This document shows positions 8,137 to 17,497 of a stretch of 35,817 nucleotides of DNA, piece by piece. Below the pieces are notes generated by a model. It did not search any database. It saw nothing but the letters and a program-made list of their open reading frames with translations, and was not told the DNA's origin. This DNA comes from Dehalococcoidia bacterium (GTDB taxonomy: Bacteria; Chloroflexota; Dehalococcoidia; Plut-88900). The stretch lies in contig CBDFLQ010000002.1 of assembly GCA_965249275.1 (NCBI GenBank), positions 1-35,817 on the forward strand, given 5' to 3'. A program made the translations under genes and the position numbers. How positions within the stretch are numbered: the first letter of the stretch is position 1; every line of letters starts with the position of its first letter.

Positions 8137-9381
8137 TTGCTGGAACAGCAAACCCATAGTGCAGACTCCATTCTTCCATCCAAAGCCCTGGACGGCGTAA
8201 AAGTCCTGGACTTGGGCCACGGCATTCCTCCAGCACAAGCCACTAAACTGTTGGCTTGCTTCGGGGCGGATGTGATCAAGGTAGAGCCATTAGACGGGGA
8301 CCCGCTGCGGAGGTTGGGGCCATTCCCCAGTGACCTGCCCCACTCGGAGACCAGTGGGCTATTCCAGTATCTCAACGTCAACAAGAAGGGTGTGACGCTA
8401 AATCTCAAATCGGGGCACGGGCGTAAGCTCCTCATGGCCCTTCTGTCATGGGCCGATATTCTGGTAGAGGGGTTGGGGGCGGGGGTCATGGACGGCCTCG
8501 GACTCACATATGAGGCGATGGAGGCCGTCAATCCAGCGCTCGTCGTAGTGTCCATCACATCCTTCGGGCAGAACGGCCCGTACAAGGACTACAAGAGCTA
8601 CGAGATTCAGCCGTACGCCTTCGGCGGGCCGATGTACTTCACCGGCCAACCCGAACGGGAGCCGGTTAACTCCGCCAACAACGTGTCCGACCTACACACA
8701 GGGCTTGCAGCCGCAGCGGCGGGTATGGTCGCGTTTCGCAGGGCGGAGGCCTCGGGGGTGGGGGACTATATCGATATAGCGGCCTCGGAAGTGCAGATGG
8801 GTAACATAGACCGACGGGCTGCGAAGCTGCTGGCGTATTCGTATACAGGTGCGGTCGGGGCACGGAACCTGGACCATATGGGCATTGGGTCTGGGCCCTT
8901 CCCGTGCAAGGATGGATACGTGAACCTGCTTGGCGGGGAGTTCGGTTTCGACAGAGTCTGCTCACTCATAGAGCGGGAAGACCTGATGGATGAGCCCAGG
9001 TTCAACACGCCAGAAGGCAGGCGAGACCCGGCGAATATCGAAGAGATTACAGGCATTGTCATGTCCTGGCTCTATTCCAAGCCCAAGCTGGAAGCGTGGG
9101 ACATGGCACAGCACAAGCGGGTCCTTTCCGGGGTGGTGAACACTACGGAAGACTTGTTGGGGGACGACCATTTCTGGGAGAGGGGGATGTGGGCTTGCAC
9201 ACAACATCCCGTCGTCGGAGAGATGACAATGCCTGGAAGGCCGTTCAAGCTGTACCGAACTCCGTGGCGTCTCCATTCTCCAGCGCCGAGCCTCGGGCAG
9301 CACAACCGAGATGTCTACTGCGGGATGTTAGGCTACAGCCGGGAAGAGCTTGCCAAGCTCCGGCAATGGGGCGTCGTATAG
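8137..9381 (+). CDS. Family III CoA-transferase (possible subunit of a BbsE/F-like pair)
   Basis: LDGVKVLD, GADVIKVEP..GD, LNVNKKGVTL, FGQNGPY, APSLGQHN; start uncertain. Confidence 0.92.
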   Translation: MLEQQTHSADSILPSKALDGVKVLDLGHGIPPAQATKLLACFGADVIKVEPLDGDPLRRLGPFPSDLPHSETSGLFQYLNVNKKGVTLNLKSGHGRKLLMALLSWADILVEGLGAGVMDGLGLTYEAMEAVNPALVVVSITSFGQNGPYKDYKSYEIQPYAFGGPMYFTGQPEREPVNSANNVSDLHTGLAAAAAGMVAFRRAEASGVGDYIDIAASEVQMGNIDRRAAKLLAYSYTGAVGARNLDHMGIGSGPFPCKDGYVNLLGGEFGFDRVCSLIEREDLMDEPRFNTPEGRRDPANIEEITGIVMSWLYSKPKLEAWDMAQHKRVLSGVVNTTEDLLGDDHFWERGMWACTQHPVVGEMTMPGRPFKLYRTPWRLHSPAPSLGQHNRDVYCGMLGYSREELAKLRQWGVV

Positions 9382-9399
9382 AGGCAGTAGAGGGATAAA

Positions 9400-10701
9400 T
9401 TGGCGAAGCTACCCCTTGAGGGGATAAGGGTCCTGGAAATCACTGTCGTGTGGGCCGGTCCTCACTCCAGCCAGATATTGGCCGATTGGGGCGCGGACGT
9501 CATCCGCGTAGAGTCGACACAGTTTCTCGGCACGACGACGCGGACGGGCTTGATGAGACCCGAAAGAAACTATTTCAAAGTAATGATAGAGATGGGGTAC
9601 GGCTACGCGGGCCGGTACCCGGAGAGCCGGGCGTGGGACAGGGGCGCCCTTTTCAACACTCACGCCCGGAATAAGAGCAGCATGACGGTCGACGTGACGC
9701 GTCCGGAGGGGCTGGAAATCTTCAAAGATCTGATATCCAAGTCGGACGTGTTCATCGAAAACAATATGCCGGACACGATGAAGAAGCTGGGGTTGGTCTA
9801 CTCCGAGCTAAAGAAGCACAATCCCGGCCTGATAATGGTGAGGATGCCCGCCTTTGGGCTGGAAGGCAAATACCACAGGTACCGGTCCTGGGGTCAGCAC
9901 GTCGAAGGGGTAGCCGGCCATAGCTGGCTGAAGGGATACCGGGACACGGACATCTCCCAAAGACCTGAGTCCAACCAGAGTGATTCCGGGGCAGCCTACA
10001 GCGCCGTTCTTTCGGTACTGATGGCAATCAGGCATCGCAATCTAACGGGTGAAGGACAGCTCATCGAAATACCGCTGTGCGAGAACTTCATCCCCAGCCT
10101 GGCCGCTCCGATAATAGACTACACGATGAACGGCAGGGTGCGGTCGTCGTTGGGCAACGGGCATACGTCGATGGCGCCCCACGGTGTATACCGTTGCAAG
10201 GGCCCCGACTCATGGGTTGCGATTTCCGTAGGGAGCGACTCCGAGTGGGAAGGGCTGTGTAAGGCCCTGGGCAACCCGGAGTGGACCCGAGATAAAAGGT
10301 TCCGCACTGTGCTCGGGAGATGGAATAACCAGGAAGAGTTGGACCAAAGCCTAAACCAGTGGGCTCAAACCCTCACCCAGTACGAAGTGACGAGTCGGCT
10401 CCAGGGTGCCGGGGTGGCGGCTGCACCCGTCCTCGATGAAAAGGGCGTCCATACCGATCCTCACGTCAAGGCCCGCGGATTCTTCCAGTCCGTCAGTGAT
10501 CCCGATCTCGGTACTCACGATCATGTCGGGTTCATGTGGAAGATGGCCAGGACACCAAACGCCATTCGGAAGCCGCCCGCTCACCTGGGATACGGCAACG
10601 AGTACGTATACAAGGAGCTGCTGGGATACGACGCCGAGCGTTACGAACGGCTGGAGGAAGAGGGACACATAGGCACGGAGCCCGCTCCTCACATTCCGTG
10701 A
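9400..10701 (+). CDS. Family III CoA-transferase (second subunit)
   Basis: PLEGIRVLE..VWAGP, GADVIRVE, RNKSS, APHGVYRC..D.WVAI. Confidence 0.92.
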   Translation: MAKLPLEGIRVLEITVVWAGPHSSQILADWGADVIRVESTQFLGTTTRTGLMRPERNYFKVMIEMGYGYAGRYPESRAWDRGALFNTHARNKSSMTVDVTRPEGLEIFKDLISKSDVFIENNMPDTMKKLGLVYSELKKHNPGLIMVRMPAFGLEGKYHRYRSWGQHVEGVAGHSWLKGYRDTDISQRPESNQSDSGAAYSAVLSVLMAIRHRNLTGEGQLIEIPLCENFIPSLAAPIIDYTMNGRVRSSLGNGHTSMAPHGVYRCKGPDSWVAISVGSDSEWEGLCKALGNPEWTRDKRFRTVLGRWNNQEELDQSLNQWAQTLTQYEVTSRLQGAGVAAAPVLDEKGVHTDPHVKARGFFQSVSDPDLGTHDHVGFMWKMARTPNAIRKPPAHLGYGNEYVYKELLGYDAERYERLEEEGHIGTEPAPHIP

Positions 10702-10751
10702 CTGCGGTGAGGCTTTAACTATTGCCCCAAATAGTTTAAGGTTGTGGCGCT

Positions 10752-11975
10752 TTGGGAGCCCTTACTGACAAGTACTGCATCGTAGGGGTTGGAGAGACTC
10801 CCCACAGGCGTCCCTCCAACCGAACTACGCTTTCCATGGCCTGCGAAGCCGTGCGTAATGCTATGGCTGACGCAGGTCTCGACCATTCGGAGATCAGTGG
10901 GGTGACCTCCTACCAGGGCTTCGATTCCTGCGCCTCCAAGGACGTCGGTTCAGCACTGGGCATGCGCCTGGACTACTCCCTGGACATCCTGGGCGGAGGC
11001 TCCAGCACCGAGGCTCTCGTGGCCCACGCAATAGGACTAATCGAGGCGGGATATTGCCGCAACATGGTCATCTTCCGCTCCATGAACGGCCGCTCGGGGC
11101 GCAGGCCGGGGGGACAGGACCCAGGAGGCTCGGCCTCCGTGCCAGCCATCAGGGGGATCGGCGAGTTCGACAAGGCGTGGGGATTCACAACCCCTGCACA
11201 GCATCACTCCCTGACCTGCATGAGATACATGCACGACTATGGCCTGACTTCCCGGCATCTCGGCGAGGTGGCCGTGGCCCATCGCAAACATGCCAACCTC
11301 AATCCCAAGGCTGTCTTCTACAACAAGCCCCTGACAATGGATGACTATTTGAAAGGCCGCTGGATATCCAAACCATTCCGCCTGTTCGACTGCTGCCTGG
11401 AGACCGACGTTGCCGCAGCAATCATCGTCGCACCAAGAGAGTGGGCCTACAACCTGAGGCAGCCTCCCGTCTTTATCATGGGCGGCACGGCCCGGGTCCA
11501 GGCACCGGGGGCGTCGTTTCCCTGGGGAATGCCCAAGATTCACCACATAGGCGGCAACTATGGGCGCAAGCGGCTCTTCGGCATGTCGGGAGTTACGCAC
11601 GACGATATCGACTTTGTATCCGCTTATGACGCCTTCACCTTCACCTCTCTAATCCTGTTGGAGGCTTTCGGATTCGCACCCGAAGGGGAGATTGGACCCT
11701 TTGTCGAGGGTGGAACATTGCAGATCGACAACAAGCTTCCCTCCAATCTCTCCGGCGGCCACCTGTCGGAGGGCTACACCCACGGCATAGCTATGGTGAT
11801 AGAAAACGTACGTCAGCTGAGGGGTCGGGCCGATGACCTGTGCCCAGGGTGGAGAGAAGGAAAGCACACCTACGACCGGACCAAGGGATGCCGACAATTG
11901 AAGAAAGCAGACATAGCCGCCTGTTTAGCCTGGTCTTTCGAGGCACAGAGCAGCGCAATGATTCTCAGGAGGTAG
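10752..11975 (+). CDS. Ltp2/SCPx-type thiolase-superfamily protein, copy 1
   Basis: CIVGVGET, DCCLETD, AYDAF, NLSGGHLSEGYTH; TTG start. Confidence 0.88.
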   Translation: MGALTDKYCIVGVGETPHRRPSNRTTLSMACEAVRNAMADAGLDHSEISGVTSYQGFDSCASKDVGSALGMRLDYSLDILGGGSSTEALVAHAIGLIEAGYCRNMVIFRSMNGRSGRRPGGQDPGGSASVPAIRGIGEFDKAWGFTTPAQHHSLTCMRYMHDYGLTSRHLGEVAVAHRKHANLNPKAVFYNKPLTMDDYLKGRWISKPFRLFDCCLETDVAAAIIVAPREWAYNLRQPPVFIMGGTARVQAPGASFPWGMPKIHHIGGNYGRKRLFGMSGVTHDDIDFVSAYDAFTFTSLILLEAFGFAPEGEIGPFVEGGTLQIDNKLPSNLSGGHLSEGYTHGIAMVIENVRQLRGRADDLCPGWREGKHTYDRTKGCRQLKKADIAACLAWSFEAQSSAMILRR

Positions 11976-11982
11976 TGGCAGA

Positions 11983-13206
11983 GTGGGAGCATTAACGGAC
12001 AAATATTGCATCGTCGGCGTGGGGGAGACTCCCCACATGCGTCCTTCCAACCGGACCACCCTGTCCATGGCCTGCGAGGCCGTGCGAAACGCCATGGCCG
12101 ACTCCGGCCTTGATCCCTCGGACATCAGTGGGATGACCTCCTACCAGTATGGCGATTCATGCGACTCCGGACAGGTCGCCTCATCTCTCGGCATCCGACT
12201 CGATTACGCTGTCGACATCATTGGGGGTGGGAACAGCACCGAGACCCTTGTTGCCCACGCCATTGGCCTCATCGAAGCGGGTTATTGCCGGAACATGGTC
12301 ATATTCCGCTCGATGAACGGCCGCTCGGGGTTAAGGTTTGGGGGACAAGACCCGGACGGTCCGGCACCCGTGACCTCAGTATCCAGTATCGGGGACATGT
12401 GGGACACGTGGGGCTTCACGACCCCAGCACAGCACCACGGCCTGACCTGCATGAGATACATGCGCGACTATGGGCTCACCTCCCGGCACCTCGGCGAAGT
12501 TGCAGTCGCTCACCGCAGGCACGCCAACCTCAATCCCAAGTCCATCTTCCATGACCGGCCCCTGACCATGGACGACTATCTGAAAGGCCGATGGGTGGCC
12601 AAGCCCTTCCGCCTATTTGACTGCTGCCTGGAGACCGACGTTGCGGCTGCCATCATCGTAGCGCCGAGGGAGTGGGCCTATAACCTGAAACAACCCCCGG
12701 TCTTCATTATGGGAGGCACCGCACGAACACAGACGCCGGACGCGTCCTACAGGTGGAATAGGGAAAAGATTCACTACGTGGGCGCGAACTACGGGCGAAA
12801 GCGGCTGTTTGGCATGTCGGGAGTCACGCACGACGATATCGACTTTGTATCCGCTTATGACGCCTTCACATTTACATCCCTTATCCTGCTGGAAGGCTAC
12901 GGCTTCGCACCTGAGGGCGAGATCGGACCCTTCGTAGAGGGGGGTACCCTTCAGATCGATGGTAAGCTGCCGTCCAATCTCTCGGGAGGGCACCTTTCCG
13001 AAGGCTACACACACGGCATAGCCATGGTCATCGAGAATGTCCGCCAGCTAAGACATCGTACCGACGACTCGTGCCCCGGTTGGCGGGAGGGAAAGCACAC
13101 CTATGACCGAAGCAAGGGTTGCCGCCAGCTGAAGAAGGCTGAGATCGCCGCGTGTCTCGCCTGGGGCACGGAGACCGAGAGCAGCGCCATGATCATTAGG
13201 AGGTAG
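11983..13206 (+). CDS. Ltp2/SCPx-type thiolase-superfamily protein, copy 2
   Basis: Same 407-aa length and motifs as copy 1; GTG start. Confidence 0.88.
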   Translation: MGALTDKYCIVGVGETPHMRPSNRTTLSMACEAVRNAMADSGLDPSDISGMTSYQYGDSCDSGQVASSLGIRLDYAVDIIGGGNSTETLVAHAIGLIEAGYCRNMVIFRSMNGRSGLRFGGQDPDGPAPVTSVSSIGDMWDTWGFTTPAQHHGLTCMRYMRDYGLTSRHLGEVAVAHRRHANLNPKSIFHDRPLTMDDYLKGRWVAKPFRLFDCCLETDVAAAIIVAPREWAYNLKQPPVFIMGGTARTQTPDASYRWNREKIHYVGANYGRKRLFGMSGVTHDDIDFVSAYDAFTFTSLILLEGYGFAPEGEIGPFVEGGTLQIDGKLPSNLSGGHLSEGYTHGIAMVIENVRQLRHRTDDSCPGWREGKHTYDRSKGCRQLKKAEIAACLAWGTETESSAMIIRR

Positions 13207-13212
13207 GCTTCC

Positions 13213-13707
13213 ATGCCCGGACCCATCGACTATTCCCTCATCAACGTCAAGCCCGACCCCGACACCAAAGAGTGGTGGGACGGCACTAAGGAAAACCGAC
13301 TATTAGTCCGCCTCTGTAACGATTGCGGCCACAAGTTCTTCCCTCCCTTTCCCGCCTGTCCCGGTTGCACGTCCATGGACCTGGGGTGGCATCAAGCGGA
13401 GGGTAAAGGCGTAATCTACAGCTACAACGTTGTGGTACAGCCCATCCTCGCGCCCTTCGTCAACACAGTGCCCTACATAACCGCCGTCATCGACCTGCCC
13501 GACTGCGGCAACCCCGACGGTTCTCTTACCAGGATCGTAGGAGTTTTGGTGGACGATGAAGACGCCGTAGCTATCGGCAATCCCGTGGAGGTCGTGTTCG
13601 AGCGTTCGGAAGACGCCGAATACATTATGCCCAGGTGGCGAGTCACTGGGGTGGGTGAGAACGCCTGGAAGTTCACCGGCGAGGGCGGCGGGCCCGTAAA
13701 CGGGTAG
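13213..13707 (+). CDS. DUF35 Zn-ribbon/OB-fold protein
   Basis: WWDG, CNDCG..FFPP..CPGC, GVIYSY, IGNPVEVVFE. Confidence 0.92.
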   Translation: MPGPIDYSLINVKPDPDTKEWWDGTKENRLLVRLCNDCGHKFFPPFPACPGCTSMDLGWHQAEGKGVIYSYNVVVQPILAPFVNTVPYITAVIDLPDCGNPDGSLTRIVGVLVDDEDAVAIGNPVEVVFERSEDAEYIMPRWRVTGVGENAWKFTGEGGGPVNG

Positions 13708-13748
13708 TTTGCCCCCTTCCCAAAGTCACCGTGTGCTAAACTCCCCTT

Positions 13749-14105
13749 ATGGGCGTATTTAGCTGTCCTTTACGAATTTCCTCTCTCGACAACAGACGTT
13801 CGCGGGATATTGAGGCTACTGTAGATACCGCGGCCACCTACACCATGCTGCCTATCGACGTGCTGAATGAGCTGGGCATATCCCCAACCAGGAAGGGGAT
13901 ATTCGAAATGGCCGACGGCCACCGCGAAGAGCTAGACATTGGTGAATTGCGGATCACGATCAATGGGGCGTCTGCAGTATCTCCCGTTATATTCGGAACG
14001 GAGGAGGTAGCGCCCTTGCTCGGGGCTGTGACACTGGAAATACTGCTCCTTGCGGTAGACCCAGTTGGACAGAGATTGGCGCCAACCCACGCCCTCTTGT
14101 ACTGA
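13749..14105 (+). CDS. Small clan AA (retropepsin-like) aspartyl protease homologue
   Basis: ATVDTAATYTMLP (DTG-like), MADG flap, PLLGAVTLE..L.VDP. Confidence 0.8.
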   Translation: MGVFSCPLRISSLDNRRSRDIEATVDTAATYTMLPIDVLNELGISPTRKGIFEMADGHREELDIGELRITINGASAVSPVIFGTEEVAPLLGAVTLEILLLAVDPVGQRLAPTHALLY

Positions 14106-14195
14106 TGCGCCCACGGCGTATGGTCTTTGTTCCATACATGCAGGACACGAATTATATTTACCTTGCAGCCCACGTTATGAATTCAGGTTTAGGCA

Positions 14196-15245
14196 TTGGC
14201 AACAGTCAAAGAGATTAGACTCACCGAACTCGCTCACTGCGCGGGCTGAGCTTCCAAATTCAGCCCCGAGGACCTGGTCCAGGTCCTGAAGAGCCTCCCC
14301 AAAATAGACGACCCGAACCTTCTCGTGGGATCGGGCACGTCGGATGACTCTGCTGTCTACAGGCTGAACGATTCCATAGCCTTGGTGCAGAGTGTCGACT
14401 TCTTCCCTCCCATAGTTGACGATCCATACTGGTTCGGGGCCATAGCTGCAGCCAACTCCCTGAGCGACATCTACGCCATGGGTGCAACGCCCCTTATGGG
14501 ACTCAACATAGTGGGTTTCCCCATAGGCCTCCCCAAAGACATCCTTGGCAGCATCCTCAAAGGCGGCGCCGACAAGATGACTGAGGCGGGAGCCATTATT
14601 GCCGGTGGTCACACCATAGATGACGTAGAGCCAAAATACGGCATCGCCGTTACGGGGTTGGTCAGGCCCGGCGAGCAGGTCACCAATGCGGGCGCTCGGG
14701 TCGGGGATAAATTGGTGCTAACCAAGCCCATTGGCACGGGAATCATTACCACCGCCCTGAAGGCCGGAAAGTCCGACGAGGAGACTGAGCGCAGCGTGGT
14801 AAAGCTGATGGCGGAGTTGAACAAAGGCGCATCAGAGGCGATGGTTGGAGTCGGGGTGAACGCTTGCACAGACATCACGGGCTTCGGCCTTCTGGGGCAC
14901 TTACGTGAGATGGTGGAGGGGAGTGGGGTCGGGGCCCGGATAAACCTGAATGATGTGCCGCTTATTCCCGGGGCCCGTGCACTCGCCGAGCAGGGGATAG
15001 CCCCCGGTGGTACGCTCCGGAACTTGGACTCGTTGAGGGACAGCGTGGTCTGGAACGCAGAAATATCCGATCCGGTCAAGGTGCTGCTGGCGGATGCGCA
15101 GACTTCAGGGGGACTGCTAATTTCCGTGTCGGAAGAAAAGGCTGGTAGGTTAATGGCTGCATTGGTCGAGCATGGAGTATCCGGAGCCAGGGTGATAGGA
15201 GATATATTAGACACACCCAAGGGCACCATAGCGGTTACACGTTGA
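14196..15245 (+). CDS. selD: Selenide, water dikinase (selenophosphate synthetase), selenocysteine-containing; TGA 14247-14249 read as Sec
   Basis: From TTG 14196 it reads MATVKEIRLTELAHCAG-U-ASKFSP, in frame with ORF 14325. Motifs DDSAVY, VDFFPPIVDDP, AAANSLSDIYAMG, GGHT, TDITGFGLLGH, DAQTSGGLL. Confidence 0.93.
14250..14290 (+). promoter_or_regulatory. Candidate bacterial SECIS element
   Basis: Stem AGGACCTG (14269-14276)/CAGGTCCT (14280-14287) with a G-initiated loop 28 nt after the UGA. Confidence 0.6.
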
Positions 15246-15269
15246 CGAAAGAAAGCGGACAGGAATCCA

Positions 15270-15707
15270 TTGTTTAGACTCACTAAGCAGCACGCCGACG
15301 AGATGATCGCCCATGCTAAGGCGGACGCCCCCAACGAATGCTGCGGTATGCTGGCGGGTGTGGACGGCAAGGTTAAGCAGGTCTACCAGGTTCGAAACGC
15401 TGAACCCAGCCCGGTAAAATACGTCATGGACCCGGAAGCCCAGTTCCGAGTTTTTGAGGAGGTGGATGCCGAGGGCTGGGAGATCCTGGGCTTCTACCAC
15501 TCACATACGTTCAGCGAGGCGTACCCCTCGCCTACCGACGTAAGACTCGCCACCTACGTGGACGAGGCTACCGGCGAGAAACAGACCATTTGGCCGGGGG
15601 TCCTCTATTTTCTAGTTTCCCTCAGAGCGCCGGACAACCCGGAAATCCGTGCCTTCCACATAGTTGAAGGAGAGATCACGGAAGAGGAAGTGGCAATAGA
15701 GGGCTAA
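15270..15707 (+). CDS. JAMM/MPN+ (M67, Mec+-like) metallopeptidase
   Basis: PNECCG and YHSH...YPSPTD (E...HxH-x7-S-xx-D). Confidence 0.9.
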   Translation: MFRLTKQHADEMIAHAKADAPNECCGMLAGVDGKVKQVYQVRNAEPSPVKYVMDPEAQFRVFEEVDAEGWEILGFYHSHTFSEAYPSPTDVRLATYVDEATGEKQTIWPGVLYFLVSLRAPDNPEIRAFHIVEGEITEEEVAIEG

Positions 15708-15879
15708 GTGCCCCAACCTCTGGGAGAATAACCACCGGCGAAACTATTAAGTGCTGTCGCCGATCGCTAGTGGGTCAGTTGGGGATGGATTCACGCCTCG
15801 GCGCATCTTCGACCGGCTCGGGGGCCGGAATGACGGAGGGAGAGAGGGACATTCCGGTACGGTGGGCGGAGTCGGGGGT

Positions 15880-17484
15880 CTAGTCCTGGTTCTTGATCAG
15901 CCAGTATTCCAGGCTGTCCGCCATGGCCAACCAGCTTGCCTCTATGACGTTGGTAGAGCTTCCAACAGTCCGCCATTGACGCGTCCCGTCCGTTGACTCT
16001 ATGAGCACCCTGATGCTGCTCGAACTTCCTGAGGTTTCATCTACGATCCGCACCTTGTAGTCCGATAGCTCGACTACCGAGACTCGCGGGTAGAACTGCT
16101 TCAACGCTTTCCTGAGCGCGAGGTCGAGCGCGTTCACCGGGCCGTTGCCCTCGGCGGCGGTGTGGATGGTCTCTTCTCCTACCTTCACCTTTACCATTGC
16201 TTCGGCGAGCAGGTGGGGTTCAGCGTCCTGGGTCATGCTCGGGGAGCGTCGGCTGTTTTCGACGAGCACCATGAAGTCGACGAGCTCAAAGGGCGGCTTG
16301 TAGCTGCTGTGAGCCCGTCTGACGAGAAGCTCGAAGGAGGCCTCTGCCCCTTCGTACTGAAAGCCCTTGCTCTCCAAGTCTTTGATCCGGCCAAGCACTT
16401 CTCGGGTGCCCTCCGCCCCGAGTTCAACGTCGATACCTAGCTCCCGCACCTTATAAGCTATGTTGCCTCTCCCTGAAAGCTCCGATACAACAACCCGCTT
16501 GTTGTTGCCTACAAGCTCCGGTGGCACGTGCTGATAGCTTTCCTCCAGCTTGTTCACCGCAGCCACGTGCATCCCACCCTTGTGGCTGAAAGCGCTCATC
16601 CCAACGTAGGGCTGATGGTGGTCGGGGGGGAGGTTTACCAGTTCGCTGGCATAGCGGGAGACTTCCGTCAGGCGGGACAACTGCTCATCCGATATGCAGT
16701 CGATGCCCATCTTGATCTTCAAGTTACCAATGATGGAGACGAGGTTAGCGTTTCCGCACCGCTCTCCATAGCCGTTGATGGTGCCCTGCACCTGGACTAC
16801 ACCTTCGTTTACTGCGGCGATGCTGTTGGCGACGGCCATTTCGGCGTCATTGTGGGCGTGGATGCCGAGCTTTGCGTCGGTGGCCTCCCGGACCTGGCGG
16901 ATAATGTCCCCTATCTCAGATGGAAGCCGGCCCCCGTTGGTATCGCAGAGAACGGCGCACTCGGCGCCGGCTTCGTGGGCGGCCTTTATAGTCTCTATGG
17001 CGTAGTCAGGGTCTTCACTGAAGCCGTCGAAGAAGTGCTCTGCGTCGAAGATGACGCGCCGTCCCTTGTCACGAAGGTAGCGGATGGAGTCGGCGATCAT
17101 GTCCAGGTTCTCTTCAGGAGTGGTCTCCAGGATGGAGCGGACGTGAAGTGCGGAGCTCTTGCCGACCAGGGTGATCACCTCGGTCTCGGCTTGGAGCAGA
17201 GCCTCAATCTGAGGGTCCTTGTCCACGCTAACGTTGGCCCGGCGTGTTGCCCCGAAAGCGACGATAGTGGAATGTTGAAGTTCCAAGTCCCGGGCTCTTT
17301 CGAAGAATTCGGCGTCCTTGGGGTTTGATCCCGGCCAACCGCCTTCGATGAAGTCGACGCCCAGCCTGTCCAGCATACGCGTAATCTTGAGCTTGTCCTC
17401 CACCGATAGGGAGATGCCCTCCATCTGGGTGCCATCCCGCAGGGTAGTATCGTAAAGGGTGAGTTGCTTTGCCGTGGTAGCCAT
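15880..17484 (-). CDS. cimA: (R)-citramalate synthase
   Basis: YDTTLRDGTQ, IEGGWPGSNPKD, DAEHFFDG, LCDTNGG, AFSHKGGMH, EGAEASFEL, NVIEASW. Confidence 0.9.
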   Translation of the reverse strand: MATTAKQLTLYDTTLRDGTQMEGISLSVEDKLKITRMLDRLGVDFIEGGWPGSNPKDAEFFERARDLELQHSTIVAFGATRRANVSVDKDPQIEALLQAETEVITLVGKSSALHVRSILETTPEENLDMIADSIRYLRDKGRRVIFDAEHFFDGFSEDPDYAIETIKAAHEAGAECAVLCDTNGGRLPSEIGDIIRQVREATDAKLGIHAHNDAEMAVANSIAAVNEGVVQVQGTINGYGERCGNANLVSIIGNLKIKMGIDCISDEQLSRLTEVSRYASELVNLPPDHHQPYVGMSAFSHKGGMHVAAVNKLEESYQHVPPELVGNNKRVVVSELSGRGNIAYKVRELGIDVELGAEGTREVLGRIKDLESKGFQYEGAEASFELLVRRAHSSYKPPFELVDFMVLVENSRRSPSMTQDAEPHLLAEAMVKVKVGEETIHTAAEGNGPVNALDLALRKALKQFYPRVSVVELSDYKVRIVDETSGSSSSIRVLIESTDGTRQWRTVGSSTNVIEASWLAMADSLEYWLIKNQD

Positions 17485-17497
17485 TTAGACTTCGTTC

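Noticed and set aside
15720-15875. Terminator between the JAMM gene and cimA
   Set aside because: Only short GC hairpins (e.g. CCGGCTC-G-GGGGCCGG) without a U-tract; not supportable.
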